Below are positions 39,753-49,035 of a DNA stretch of 64,000 nucleotides, piece by piece (positions within the stretch are counted from its first letter, which is position 1; every line of letters begins with the position of its first letter). Source of the DNA: Candidatus Aldehydirespirator sp. (GTDB lineage Bacteria; Actinomycetota; Acidimicrobiia; Acidimicrobiales; Aldehydirespiratoraceae); assembly GCA_965203575.1 (NCBI GenBank), contig OZ241894.1, positions 2,956,322 through 3,020,321 on the forward strand. Reading direction: 5' to 3'. The notes beneath the pieces are model-generated. The model saw only the letters and a list, made by a program, of their open reading frames with translations, made no database searches and was not told the origin of the DNA. The translations under genes and the position numbers were made by a program.

Positions 39753-42700
39753 CGTCGGCCTCCCAGGTGTGTCCGCCAGCATGCCGCACCAGCAGGTAGC
39801 CGCGTCCGTGGGTGCGGTAGAGGCGGCCCCCGCCGGCAACGACGTCGTCCATGAGCGCCTGGTCGACGCCGGAGGGCACCGGCTGCCATCCCACCACCGC
39901 GTCGATGTCGCGGCGCGCGATGATCATCGCGCCGCCTGCCAGCGTCAGCTTCGACCCGAAGCGCTCGGCGCTGCCGCGGAACCGGCGAAGGGTGCGGTCC
40001 GCTCCCTCCAGGTACACATACTCGGCCGCCTTGCCGACCAGTGTGGCCCCGGAGTACTCGTGAGCCAGCACCAAGTCCCATACGTGCTCCGGTCCGTAAT
40101 AGTCGTCGTCGTCGAACTTGGTGACCAACTCTCCCCGGCTGTGATCCAGCGCCTCATTGAGCACCTCCCCCAGCACGCGTCCGGCGGGCACGGCCAGCAC
40201 GCGGGCGTCCGGGCCGCTGCCGGCGGCCAGCGCCTCGAGCCGGGCGCGGTCGAAGCCGTCGCCGTGCGCGGCCAGCACCAGTTCGATGCGAGGGTAGGTC
40301 TGGGCTGCCACCGAAGCGACGGCATCAGCCACCCGGTCGGGCCGGCGGGTGGCCAGCAGCACCGACACCCGGGGCAGGGGTTCCACGTCGACTGACGCGG
40401 CTTCGCACACCTGACGGGCTCGAGCTCGCAGCGAGTGCGTGCGGAGCGCCTCACGTCGCATCTCTACGCTCAAGGCCTCGCGCTCAGCCTCCGGGGCTGT
40501 CTCGATGCGAGGATCGGTGAGAAGGGCGAAGAGCCTCTCGCCCAGCAGTCCGGCCACCTCGACGCCGCCGTCGGCGAGGCGGACCATTGCGCCGCTGGCC
40601 GCCAGCGCCGCCACCGCGCCCGCCCTGGCCTGCGCGTTGGCGTGATACGCGGCCACATCGTCCAGGTGGTGGTAGCGGCGTGCTCTCACGAAGTCGGCGG
40701 CGTCCACCTTCCTGGAGGTGGTGTGCCCGATCGGCAGCGCCTTCCTGGGTCCGAGAGCGGCTGCCCGCCTCAAGGGCGCGGGCCAGTGGGCGGGGTTGAC
40801 CTGCTCGGCGTCGAAGGCGGGCGTGGCTGCGGTCGGTTCCATGCCGCGCAGCGAGATCACCGCCGCACCGGCCCTGGGGGTCCATGTGCTCGGGAGGGGC
40901 CAGTCATCGCACAGCACGATCTGGGCGGGGGCCGAGGACTCGACGTGGAGCCTCATCCAGGCGGAGAACACAGCCGCCGACCGCGGGCCGCACGCTGCCA
41001 TGGACGGACCGAGGCGGTATGTGGCCGGCCGGATCGTCCTCGAGCGAGGCCGCCCTCTGGAACCTCTGCGTACTCGCAATGCGGCTCTGCGCACCCGCCA
41101 CGCGGCCCTTCGCACTAGCAGCGCAACCCTGCGGTAGCGCCAGACGATCCATCTCAGGCGCCAGCCCGCGGCCCGGACGATCCACGCGCCGACGGTGCGC
41201 GCCAGCCGTGCGGCGTCACGCGGGCGGCGCACTAAGCGTGCCTCGGTAGCGGTGTAGGCGGCGATGCGTCCCAGCTTCCGCAGCCTGGGCAGACGCCCGC
41301 CGTACGCGGCGCGCGCCGGTTCCCGGATCACCGCCGGAGTGTTCTTGGGCACACTCCCGGTGTCTTTGGGGCCGCGTCGTGGTGGGGCCGGCTCGTCCGG
41401 CACATCCGGCTCGTCGAGTTGTCGCGGCGCAGCAGCCGGGTCTGTCGACGCGCCATCCGCGAGCGGGGGCACGTCCGCAGCCACCTTGGCGTCGCCTTGG
41501 AGGCTCGACCCGGGGGTGGGGGTCAACGCCGCCCGGTGCCGCAGCAGCCTTGACGCCAGCGTGTCCGCGGTGATCGATTCTTCGTCGAGCCCCAGGCGCA
41601 GTTCGCGGTGCAGCCTCCTGGCCCTCACCAGCATGGCGACGCTTCCGTCGCGCTGAGACGCAGTGGCCCACTCCGCAGTGCCCAACTGCTTGCGGAGCCC
41701 GGACACCAGGTCGGCGGCGACGGGTGTGCCGGCCTGCACGAAGATGTGGAACTGTGATGCGGGGAACGCGCCCGGCGCGCCGCCCCGCGGGCCGAGTCGA
41801 ACCCTCGGGTCGCCCCCGAGGAGGCGTCTGACGATCTCGGCCGCGTGAGCCTCCTCCTCGCCGTCCGGCTGCCCCTGCTCGATCCAGACGACCAGGTCGT
41901 GGACATCGCCCCCCAGGAGGCTCTCGACGGTGTCGAGCAGGGCGTCGGTTCCGGCCCCGCCGTTAGCGACGCTGACCACGTACTGGGGGACGGTGAAGCT
42001 GCGGCCCGGCTTGGCTCCTCTGAAGCCGTGGTGGGCGATCAACTGCGACAGCTTGGCCCGCTGCTGTTCAAGGCTGTGCGCCTCCGCGACGCTGGGCGTG
42101 GCGCCTTCGCCCTGGTGCCAGCACAGCGCCCGGCGCTCGGGAACGAGAAGCGCGCCGAGCGTGAAGGCCCGGTAGCCGAATTCGACATCCTCAGCGCCCC
42201 ACTGGGTGAACGACTCGTCGTTGCCTCCGACCTCCCAGTAGAAGTCGCGCGACATGCCGAGATTCCCGCCCGAGGCCACGCGGAAAAGGTCGTCGTGATC
42301 CGAGGTCAACTCGGCGGTGCGGGTCATGTGGGACTCGATCCATTCGGGCCGGTCCCAGGGCCGGCCGGCGAACATCTCGTCGAGCGTTCCGCTGAAGGTG
42401 CGCACATCGCCGGCCGAGACGCCGGTGACGTCCAGGTGACGACGGAAGCCGATCGACATGGCGTCGCTGGCGGCGTGGTGCCACTGGGCGTGGGCTGCCA
42501 GCCACTCCTTGGCGGGAATCATGTCGCAATCGAGGAAGACGACGATGTCCCCTTGAGCGGCGCGGGCGCCGTTGTTGCGGGCGCGGGCCAGGCCGAACCC
42601 GAGGTCGGGCTGATGGATCACACTGACGTTCAGCGGCGACGGCTCGGACATCGCCAACGGCGGGTCCGACCCGTCGTCCACCACGATCACCTCGAAGAGG

Positions 42701-42927
42701 TGACGCGGGTAGCTCTGGCGCTCCAGACCGGCCAGGGTGAGGGACAGCGCGTCCGGCGCTTGATAGTAGGGAACCACCACCGTGGCCCGCAGGCAGGGCT
42801 CGAACCTCTCCAGGGGGGTAGTGGCGAGGGATTTCCAGTCGTTGCCCTCGACTATCGCCGGCTTCGGCGTGAGGGGTGCCGCGGGCACGGCGGCGGCGCC
42901 TTCGCCGCTCCCGGCGGGATCAGTCAT
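39682..42927 (-). CDS. Large (1081 aa) dual-GT2 glycosyltransferase, putative glycopolymer synthase (paralog B)
   Basis: Colinear with paralog A. N-terminal motifs VVVPYYQAPD, IVVDDGSDPP, LDCDM and QWGAEDVEFGYR. C-terminal motifs SVLLATRRPD, AQTYPRIELV and TKFDDDDYY. Confidence 0.8.
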   Translation of the reverse strand: MTDPAGSGEGAAAVPAAPLTPKPAIVEGNDWKSLATTPLERFEPCLRATVVVPYYQAPDALSLTLAGLERQSYPRHLFEVIVVDDGSDPPLAMSEPSPLNVSVIHQPDLGFGLARARNNGARAAQGDIVVFLDCDMIPAKEWLAAHAQWHHAASDAMSIGFRRHLDVTGVSAGDVRTFSGTLDEMFAGRPWDRPEWIESHMTRTAELTSDHDDLFRVASGGNLGMSRDFYWEVGGNDESFTQWGAEDVEFGYRAFTLGALLVPERRALCWHQGEGATPSVAEAHSLEQQRAKLSQLIAHHGFRGAKPGRSFTVPQYVVSVANGGAGTDALLDTVESLLGGDVHDLVVWIEQGQPDGEEEAHAAEIVRRLLGGDPRVRLGPRGGAPGAFPASQFHIFVQAGTPVAADLVSGLRKQLGTAEWATASQRDGSVAMLVRARRLHRELRLGLDEESITADTLASRLLRHRAALTPTPGSSLQGDAKVAADVPPLADGASTDPAAAPRQLDEPDVPDEPAPPRRGPKDTGSVPKNTPAVIREPARAAYGGRLPRLRKLGRIAAYTATEARLVRRPRDAARLARTVGAWIVRAAGWRLRWIVWRYRRVALLVRRAAWRVRRAALRVRRGSRGRPRSRTIRPATYRLGPSMAACGPRSAAVFSAWMRLHVESSAPAQIVLCDDWPLPSTWTPRAGAAVISLRGMEPTAATPAFDAEQVNPAHWPAPLRRAAALGPRKALPIGHTTSRKVDAADFVRARRYHHLDDVAAYHANAQARAGAVAALAASGAMVRLADGGVEVAGLLGERLFALLTDPRIETAPEAEREALSVEMRREALRTHSLRARARQVCEAASVDVEPLPRVSVLLATRRPDRVADAVASVAAQTYPRIELVLAAHGDGFDRARLEALAAGSGPDARVLAVPAGRVLGEVLNEALDHSRGELVTKFDDDDYYGPEHVWDLVLAHEYSGATLVGKAAEYVYLEGADRTLRRFRGSAERFGSKLTLAGGAMIIARRDIDAVVGWQPVPSGVDQALMDDVVAGGGRLYRTHGRGYLLVRHAGGHTWEADDEYFLEQAAEVHDGCDLRFAGVA

Positions 42928-43177
42928 GGCGGCATCTCAGTGTCGGCGGCGGCGCTCGCAGTCAGCGCGAGAAGGTGGTCGGCGCTGATCAGACAATAGT
43001 CGCCTCGCGATACAAGAGCATGACGGCGAGAGTCGTCGGGGAAGAAGTCGGCCTCGAACCTCACGCCTCAGACCTGCGGGGCATCGAGCCGTTGTGCGCT
43101 AGGTGCTGTGCTGTGAGGTGCCGGCTTCGTGCCACGGTTGCATTATTGCCGCGACGGACGCTCCTAGGATCGTAGTC

Positions 43178-44005
43178 GTGAGCGATCCCGACCAGCAGTT
43201 GGTCGACCTAACGCAGCCCTCCCCGCCCGCCGCCTATCTCCGGGAGGTCTGGCGGAGACGGGACTTCGCCATCCTGGTCCCCGTCCAGGACCTTCGGGCC
43301 CAGAACATGGGCTCTGTGTTGGGCCAACTCTGGCATCTGCTCAACCCGGCGCTGATGGTCGCGGTCTACTTCCTGATCTTCGGACTGATCCTCGACACCA
43401 GCCGCGGCGTGGACAACTTCCTGGGCTTCCTCGTCGTCGGGGTGGTCTGGTTCCATCTCACGCAGCGGGTCGTGCAGGACGCCGCGGTGTCCATCCCCCG
43501 CAATCTGGGACTGATCCGGTCCGTGCAGTTCCCGCGGATCCTGCTGCCGGCGGCAGCCGTCATCGGCCAGACCGCCGCGTTCGTGCCCGCGCTCGTGTTG
43601 GCGCTGGCAGCAGTGATCGCCACCGGCGAACGTCCTTCGCTGCGGTGGCTGGCGCTGATCGGGGTGCTGGCCGCGCAGTTCGTGTTCAACTTCGGGGCAG
43701 CGCTTCTGGTGGCCCGCATCGGGGCGGCTGTGCCGGATGTGCGCCAGTTGCTGCCGCACGTGTTCAGGCTGCTGTTCTACGCCTCGGGCGTGATCTTCAG
43801 CGTCGATGCGTTCGTCACGAGCGAGTCCTGGCGGCGGGTGTTCGCCCTGAACCCGCTCTACGACGTGATCACCTGCGCCCGATGGTGCCTGCTCGGTGAA
43901 CCGGCCGACTCTTGGGCGGTGGCTGGAATGCTGGCGTGGGGCGCCGCGCTGCTGGTGGCCGGATTCGCGGTCTTCTGGAGATCCGACCAGCGGCTGGGGG
44001 CGTGA
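43178..44005 (+). CDS. ABC-2-type polysaccharide/teichoic-acid exporter permease (Wzm/TagG-like)
   Basis: ORF 43103..44005(+), probably starting at GTG 43178. Has the YLREVWRRRDFAILV N-terminal motif typical of ABC-2 permeases and 6 TM segments. Confidence 0.8.
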   Translation: MSDPDQQLVDLTQPSPPAAYLREVWRRRDFAILVPVQDLRAQNMGSVLGQLWHLLNPALMVAVYFLIFGLILDTSRGVDNFLGFLVVGVVWFHLTQRVVQDAAVSIPRNLGLIRSVQFPRILLPAAAVIGQTAAFVPALVLALAAVIATGERPSLRWLALIGVLAAQFVFNFGAALLVARIGAAVPDVRQLLPHVFRLLFYASGVIFSVDAFVTSESWRRVFALNPLYDVITCARWCLLGEPADSWAVAGMLAWGAALLVAGFAVFWRSDQRLGA

Positions 44006-44751
44006 TGGCTGCCGGTCGGGCTGTCACGGTGCGCGTGGACGATGCCCACGTCTACTACCGGGTGTACGAGGATCCGGCTGCGGGTATCAAGCAACTGTTC
44101 TCGAGCGGGCGGACCGGACGGCGTTACCAGACGATCCGGGCGGTGCGTGGCGTGAGCCTGGATCTCCACGAGTCCGAGACATTGGGCCTCATCGGGGCCA
44201 ACGGGTCGGGCAAGTCGACGCTATTGGCGGCCATGACCGGGCTGCTGCCGCTGGCATCCGGCACGATCCTAGGCCGGAGCAGGCCGTCGCTGCTGGGAGT
44301 GTCTGCCGCGCTGCGCTCTGCTCTCTCCGGCAGACGAAACATCCTGATCGGTGGGCTTGCCCTGGGCTTCACCCGAGCCGAGGTGGAGAGCCGCATGGAC
44401 GAGATCATCGACTTCGCCGGACTCCGCAACGCCATAGACCGGCCGTTGCGCACCTACTCGTCGGGGATGAGGGCTCGGCTGAACTTCGCGATCGCCACCG
44501 CCCGGATCCCCGACATCCTGTTGATCGACGAGGCGCTGTCCGTAGGGGACGAGGGTTTCCGGGCCCGCAGCGCCGAGCGCATCGACGAGGTGCGCTCGGC
44601 GGCCGGCTCCGTGGTTCTGGTGTCGCACAACATGGCGGAGATCGAGGGGTCCTGTGACCGCGTGGCATGGCTCGACGCTGGCACTCTTCGGGCGGTGGGT
44701 GAGCCGGGTGACGTCGTCGCCGCCTATCTGGCCTCCGACGCGGTGCGCTGA
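44005..44751 (+). CDS. ABC polysaccharide exporter ATP-binding protein (Wzt/TagH-like, short form)
   Basis: ATG 44005 overlaps the permease stop TGA 44003..44005. Walker A GANGSGKST, signature YSSGMRARL, Walker B LLIDEAL. No C-terminal carbohydrate-binding extension. Confidence 0.85.
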   Translation: MAAGRAVTVRVDDAHVYYRVYEDPAAGIKQLFSSGRTGRRYQTIRAVRGVSLDLHESETLGLIGANGSGKSTLLAAMTGLLPLASGTILGRSRPSLLGVSAALRSALSGRRNILIGGLALGFTRAEVESRMDEIIDFAGLRNAIDRPLRTYSSGMRARLNFAIATARIPDILLIDEALSVGDEGFRARSAERIDEVRSAAGSVVLVSHNMAEIEGSCDRVAWLDAGTLRAVGEPGDVVAAYLASDAVR

Positions 44752-45746
44752 TCCGGCCGCCGGCCGCGGCTGGTCCGGCCCGCCAGGAATCCCGCGCCCC
44801 AACAGATGTGCATCACCGCGAAGGCGGCTGCGGCCCGGGCCCGGTCGAGCCCGTCCCCCAGCGAGTCGCGCAGGCGGGTGGCGGCCACCGCGCAGGCCGC
44901 GGCATACAGCACCGGCAGGGCCGCGCCCCGCCAGCGTCCCAGGGCCAGTCCGAGCGCGGAGCACGCCAGACCAGCGGCCAGCGCGGGAGCGGCCAGCTGG
45001 CGGATGCGGAGCGACCGGGGATTGCGCACCAGCATGGTGCGCTTCCATGCGCCGTACGAGAAGTACTGGCGGGCGAGCCCCCGGTAGTCGGAGCGGGGCA
45101 CGTAGTCGACCACGAGGCTCGGATCGAGCCACACGGTGTGGCCCTGCTCGCGCAGCCGCCAGTTGAGCTCGTAGTCCTGGTTGCGTCCCAGGGTCTCGTC
45201 GAAGCCGCCGACGGACGCCAGCGCGTCGCGGCTGAACACGCCCAGATAGACGGTGTCGGCCGGTCCCGAGTGCCGGCCCCGGCGGAAGGCCGCAGGACCG
45301 CCGCCGAAGGCCGACCCCATCGCGGCCGCGATGGCGCCGGTCAGGTCGGCGTCGCCGACGGGGCGCTGCACACCGCCCACATTGGCTGCACCGGTGCGGG
45401 TCAGCGTGGACACGGCCCGTTCCAGGTAGTCGGGTGGGATCCGTGATTGAGCGTCTACCCGGGCCACGACGGTGCCCTTGGATGCTGCCACCGCAATGTT
45501 GAGGCCCGCCGCGGCGGTGCCCGCGGGATTCTCGACAACTTGCAGGGGCAGCCCGATGCAGCTACCGGCCAGTATCTGCTCGGTACCGTCGTGGCTGGGT
45601 CCAACCGCCACGGTCACGTCGATCGGCCCCCGATATGTCTGCGAACCGATAGCCGAGAGGCACTCCGGTATCAGCGCCGCGCAGTCCCGGGCCGGTACCA
45701 CCACCGAGATGTGCGGCAGGCGGTCATGGGCCCCTTCGGTGTTCAC
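44724..45746 (-). CDS. GT2-family glycosyltransferase with C-terminal TM segments
   Basis: 340-aa ORF with GTG start overlapping the upstream stop (GTGA). Motifs ISVVVPARD and RVDAQS, plus QDYELNWR. Confidence 0.8.
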   Translation of the reverse strand: MNTEGAHDRLPHISVVVPARDCAALIPECLSAIGSQTYRGPIDVTVAVGPSHDGTEQILAGSCIGLPLQVVENPAGTAAAGLNIAVAASKGTVVARVDAQSRIPPDYLERAVSTLTRTGAANVGGVQRPVGDADLTGAIAAAMGSAFGGGPAAFRRGRHSGPADTVYLGVFSRDALASVGGFDETLGRNQDYELNWRLREQGHTVWLDPSLVVDYVPRSDYRGLARQYFSYGAWKRTMLVRNPRSLRIRQLAAPALAAGLACSALGLALGRWRGAALPVLYAAACAVAATRLRDSLGDGLDRARAAAAFAVMHICWGAGFLAGRTSRGRRPDQRTASEAR

Positions 45747-47059
45747 CGGCCGGACCCTCGGGCCATCACGAGGAGGCTCTTCACCATGATCTCCCAGTCG
45801 AGCAACGGCGACCAGTTCACAACGTATTGCAGATCGTGACCGAGCTTGTAGGCGGCGTCCGTCTGGTAGTGACCCTGAGTCTGAGCCAGACCGGTTATGC
45901 CGGGAGGGATGTCGTGACGCCGGCCGTATCCGGCGATCTGCTCCTCGAGTCGGGCCACCAGCGCCGGTCGCTCGGCCCGGGGCCCGACCAGCGACATCTG
46001 ACCGGTGAGGACATTCCAGAGTTGCGGCAGCTCATCGAGCCGGCTCTGCCGGAGCCAGGCCACACCGGCGATCACCCTGGGATCGTCGGCGACGGCCAAC
46101 TCCGGCCCGGCCTGCTCGGCGTCCGGCGTCATGGTCCGGAACTTCACCATGACGAACGTCCGGCCCTCCATGCCCACCCGTTCCTGGCGGTAGAGCACGC
46201 CCCGACCCGCCCGCAGGCGCACATAGAGGGCGACTGCGAGCGTCAGCGGTATCGCGAACGGAGCCAGCACCAGCAGGTAGACGAGGTCGAGGAGGCGCTT
46301 GAACCGCAGCCGGCACGCGGGCAGGGCATGGGCTCGCAGCGCGACGAAGGGCATGCCGCCGATCTGGCGGGTGCGCTGAAGTCCCAGCAGGGTGTCGGAC
46401 GGCGTGATGCGCCGGTAGACCCCCACCTGGCGTCCCTCCAGCTCGGCGAGCGGCTCGGGATAGATGATGTCCAGCGACTGGCGCGACAGCAGCAGCAGAT
46501 CGGTGGCGGCGCACCGGTCCACCTCTGCGGCGACGTCGGAGAACGTGCCAGCCTGGCCGGCGATCTCGGTGGCCTGCCTCGACTCGGCCAGATGGCGCCG
46601 CGCCGAGTCCACATCGGCGGCGTCTCCCACCAGCAGCACGCGGGGACGCCCGAAACGGCGCATCCTCACTTGCCGGGCCAGCCAGCGGTTGAACGACACC
46701 ACGAGGCTCGCGGCCACGGCCAGGATCACGAGGTTGGCCCTGGGCATCAGGTAGCGGCCGCTGAGCAGCGACACGGTGGCGTCGGCCCCCACTGCCAGCA
46801 GGGTCAGCATCGTGGCTCGCGGCAGCCAGGGAGGCCGGCCGAGCCGCTGCTCGTACTCGTAGAGGCCGCCGAAGTAGTAGACGGCCATGTGCAGGCCGGT
46901 TGCCACCGCGAAGCCGACCGCATAGTGCGACAGCGGGTAGGTCGGCCAGTCGAGCCCGAAGCGGACCGTTGTGATCGCGACCATGAGCCCGAAGAGCGTG
47001 GTCGCGTCGATCAGGTACAGATAGCGGAATCCCAGTCTTCGCAGGAAGCCGGTCCTCAC
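45743..47059 (-). CDS. Polyprenyl-phosphate sugar-1-phosphate transferase (WbaP/ExoY bacterial sugar transferase family), priming enzyme
   Basis: ORF 45743..47641(-) trimmed to GTG 47059..47057, which overlaps the upstream stop (GTGA). N-terminal TM block and C-terminal catalytic motifs KFRTM and DELPQLWNVLTGQMSLVGPRAERP. Confidence 0.85.
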   Translation of the reverse strand: MRTGFLRRLGFRYLYLIDATTLFGLMVAITTVRFGLDWPTYPLSHYAVGFAVATGLHMAVYYFGGLYEYEQRLGRPPWLPRATMLTLLAVGADATVSLLSGRYLMPRANLVILAVAASLVVSFNRWLARQVRMRRFGRPRVLLVGDAADVDSARRHLAESRQATEIAGQAGTFSDVAAEVDRCAATDLLLLSRQSLDIIYPEPLAELEGRQVGVYRRITPSDTLLGLQRTRQIGGMPFVALRAHALPACRLRFKRLLDLVYLLVLAPFAIPLTLAVALYVRLRAGRGVLYRQERVGMEGRTFVMVKFRTMTPDAEQAGPELAVADDPRVIAGVAWLRQSRLDELPQLWNVLTGQMSLVGPRAERPALVARLEEQIAGYGRRHDIPPGITGLAQTQGHYQTDAAYKLGHDLQYVVNWSPLLDWEIMVKSLLVMARGSGR

Positions 47060-49035
47060 GGCGATCGCATCAGGGGCGGCAACGGCACGTCGAGGTCGAA
47101 CGCTCCCGGTGCCGCGGCCAGGTTCCACACCAGCATGGCCATCCGGGCTCGATCCACGTTGTCGCCGGGGTTGAATTCCGTCGGGCCGTCGCCGGGCGGC
47201 TGGAAGTCCGCGCCGATCCAGAGGCGATGCTCCACCAGCCATCGGACGGCCTCCAGGTAGAAGTCGTTGATCCCGATGTCGGTGAACGGCACGGGGTGGT
47301 TGCTGTAGGTGCGTCCGGCGAAGCGCCACAGGAAGGCCGCCAGCTGCGCGGCGTTGAGCCGATCGTTGGGACAGAACAGCGCTGAGCCGCCGCCGCATCC
47401 CAGAGTGATGCTCTGGTCCACCATCCACCCCACGGCCTGCGAGTAGAAGCTGTCGGGCTCGATGTCGTCGAAGGTCAGGGATCCGTCGGCCGACTGCGGC
47501 TCGCCCGCGAAGCGCCACAGGAACGTGGCGAACTGGGCTCGGGTCATCGAGCGCTCGGGAGAGAACGTCGTCGCCGTCGTGCCCTGGGTGATCTCCGTCT
47601 CGAGCATCCAGAGCACTGCTTCGGCGTAGGGAGCGTCCCATCGGACGTCGGTGAAGGGAAGCGTGTGGACGGTGTAGCCGTCGCCGGTGTGGGAGCCCTG
47701 CAGCGTCAGCTTGGTGGACAGCAGGGGACTGCAGCCGGGCGTGCGGCGGCAGCCCCGCACCAGGGCGAAGTAGAAGCGATAGCCGTACGGATCACCGTCC
47801 TCGTTGCGGACCTCCAGCGTGCGGTCCGATCCCACCAGGGTCACTAGGGCGTCGTCGATGCGGCCCGAGGGTCCGGGACCCGAGATGTAGATCTCCACTA
47901 TCTCGCCCACGTCCAAGTCGGCGAAGGGGTACTCCGCGAGCCACCCGCGGATCTGCTCGGCCGTGTAGGTGCGCTCCCAGGAGTGGTTGGCATTCTGGGG
48001 TTCGCCGTCGGCGTCGGGAGCGGCGTCGAAGGGGTCCGGCTTGGCCAGCAGGTACGGCACGGACTCCCGCCGGGGCTCCTCGTTGGCCGCCGTGTAGCCG
48101 CCGTTGGAGGAGCTGTAGTAGGCGACGATCACCTCGGGGTCGCCCCCGCCGGCCGGCTGGTGGGTGAGCACGGCATCGTCGGTGGCGCCCACCTGGCTCG
48201 CCCAGGCCTCGTGGCCGGTCTCGCTCTCGAAGTCCCAGGCCCTGTACTCCTGGTCCTGGGTCGAGGCGTAGAGGTCGAACGGCGAGGACCAGCGGGCCCG
48301 GCGCTCCATGGTGGCGACGGCGTAGCTGCGGGCCGCGACGGCCTGGGCCTTGAGGGCCTCCGCCGGCCAGCTGAGGGGCACCTCCTTGATGCCGTAGAGG
48401 TACTGCTGCATGGTCATGTCGCCGATCACGAGGCAGTACTGGTTGGAACTGGCGTTGCCGCAGTTGGCCACGCCTGCGGCGGCCGGGGTGAGCTGGAACT
48501 GCCCGTGCGCGTAGCGCTCGGCGCCGTTGCTCGTGCTGGAGACCCGGACGGCCTCGCCGTCGTTGAAGCCCACCGTCAGCACGGTCCCGCTGCAGAAGCC
48601 CCGGCACCAGTCGATGTTGCTGGAGTTGATGTGCCAGCCGCCGTCGCCGCGGCGCACGGTCAGCGTGTTGACGGTGGTGTCCAGGAACCGGCCGTCCATG
48701 GCCACGGTCAGCAGGCCTGAGGGTCTGAACACCGTCGTGTTGTGGACGGCGATGCGCACATCGACGTCGTCGGGCACCAGGCCTGGATCGGTCGTCAACG
48801 TGGTGCTGTCGTAGTAGAAGGCGAGGATCTCCTGGTAGGTGTGGCCCGCCTGCGCTCGCCCGAGGGCGCCGTACTGGCTCATACCGCTGCCGTGTCCCCA
48901 ACCCCCGCCGATGAAGGTGAACTCGTCATCGGATGGGCCGTGGGGGTGGGCTGCGGCCGGCGCGGCGAGAACCCCGGCGCAAACCGCAGCAGCCACTAGC
49001 AGGCCTACGAGCGAACGAATGGGATGGGAGGGCAT
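47056..49035 (-). CDS. Secreted SpoIID/LytB-domain protein with three C-terminal SLH repeats
   Basis: 659-aa ORF with a signal peptide. GGGWGHGSGMSQYGA and AQAVAARSYA...YYSSSNGGYT are SpoIID signatures. Three SLH-pattern repeats start at FTDVRWDAPYAEAVLWM, FDDIEPDSFYSQAVGWM and FTDIGINDFYLEAVRWL. Confidence 0.8.
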   Translation of the reverse strand: MPSHPIRSLVGLLVAAAVCAGVLAAPAAAHPHGPSDDEFTFIGGGWGHGSGMSQYGALGRAQAGHTYQEILAFYYDSTTLTTDPGLVPDDVDVRIAVHNTTVFRPSGLLTVAMDGRFLDTTVNTLTVRRGDGGWHINSSNIDWCRGFCSGTVLTVGFNDGEAVRVSSTSNGAERYAHGQFQLTPAAAGVANCGNASSNQYCLVIGDMTMQQYLYGIKEVPLSWPAEALKAQAVAARSYAVATMERRARWSSPFDLYASTQDQEYRAWDFESETGHEAWASQVGATDDAVLTHQPAGGGDPEVIVAYYSSSNGGYTAANEEPRRESVPYLLAKPDPFDAAPDADGEPQNANHSWERTYTAEQIRGWLAEYPFADLDVGEIVEIYISGPGPSGRIDDALVTLVGSDRTLEVRNEDGDPYGYRFYFALVRGCRRTPGCSPLLSTKLTLQGSHTGDGYTVHTLPFTDVRWDAPYAEAVLWMLETEITQGTTATTFSPERSMTRAQFATFLWRFAGEPQSADGSLTFDDIEPDSFYSQAVGWMVDQSITLGCGGGSALFCPNDRLNAAQLAAFLWRFAGRTYSNHPVPFTDIGINDFYLEAVRWLVEHRLWIGADFQPPGDGPTEFNPGDNVDRARMAMLVWNLAAAPGAFDLDVPLPPLMRSP

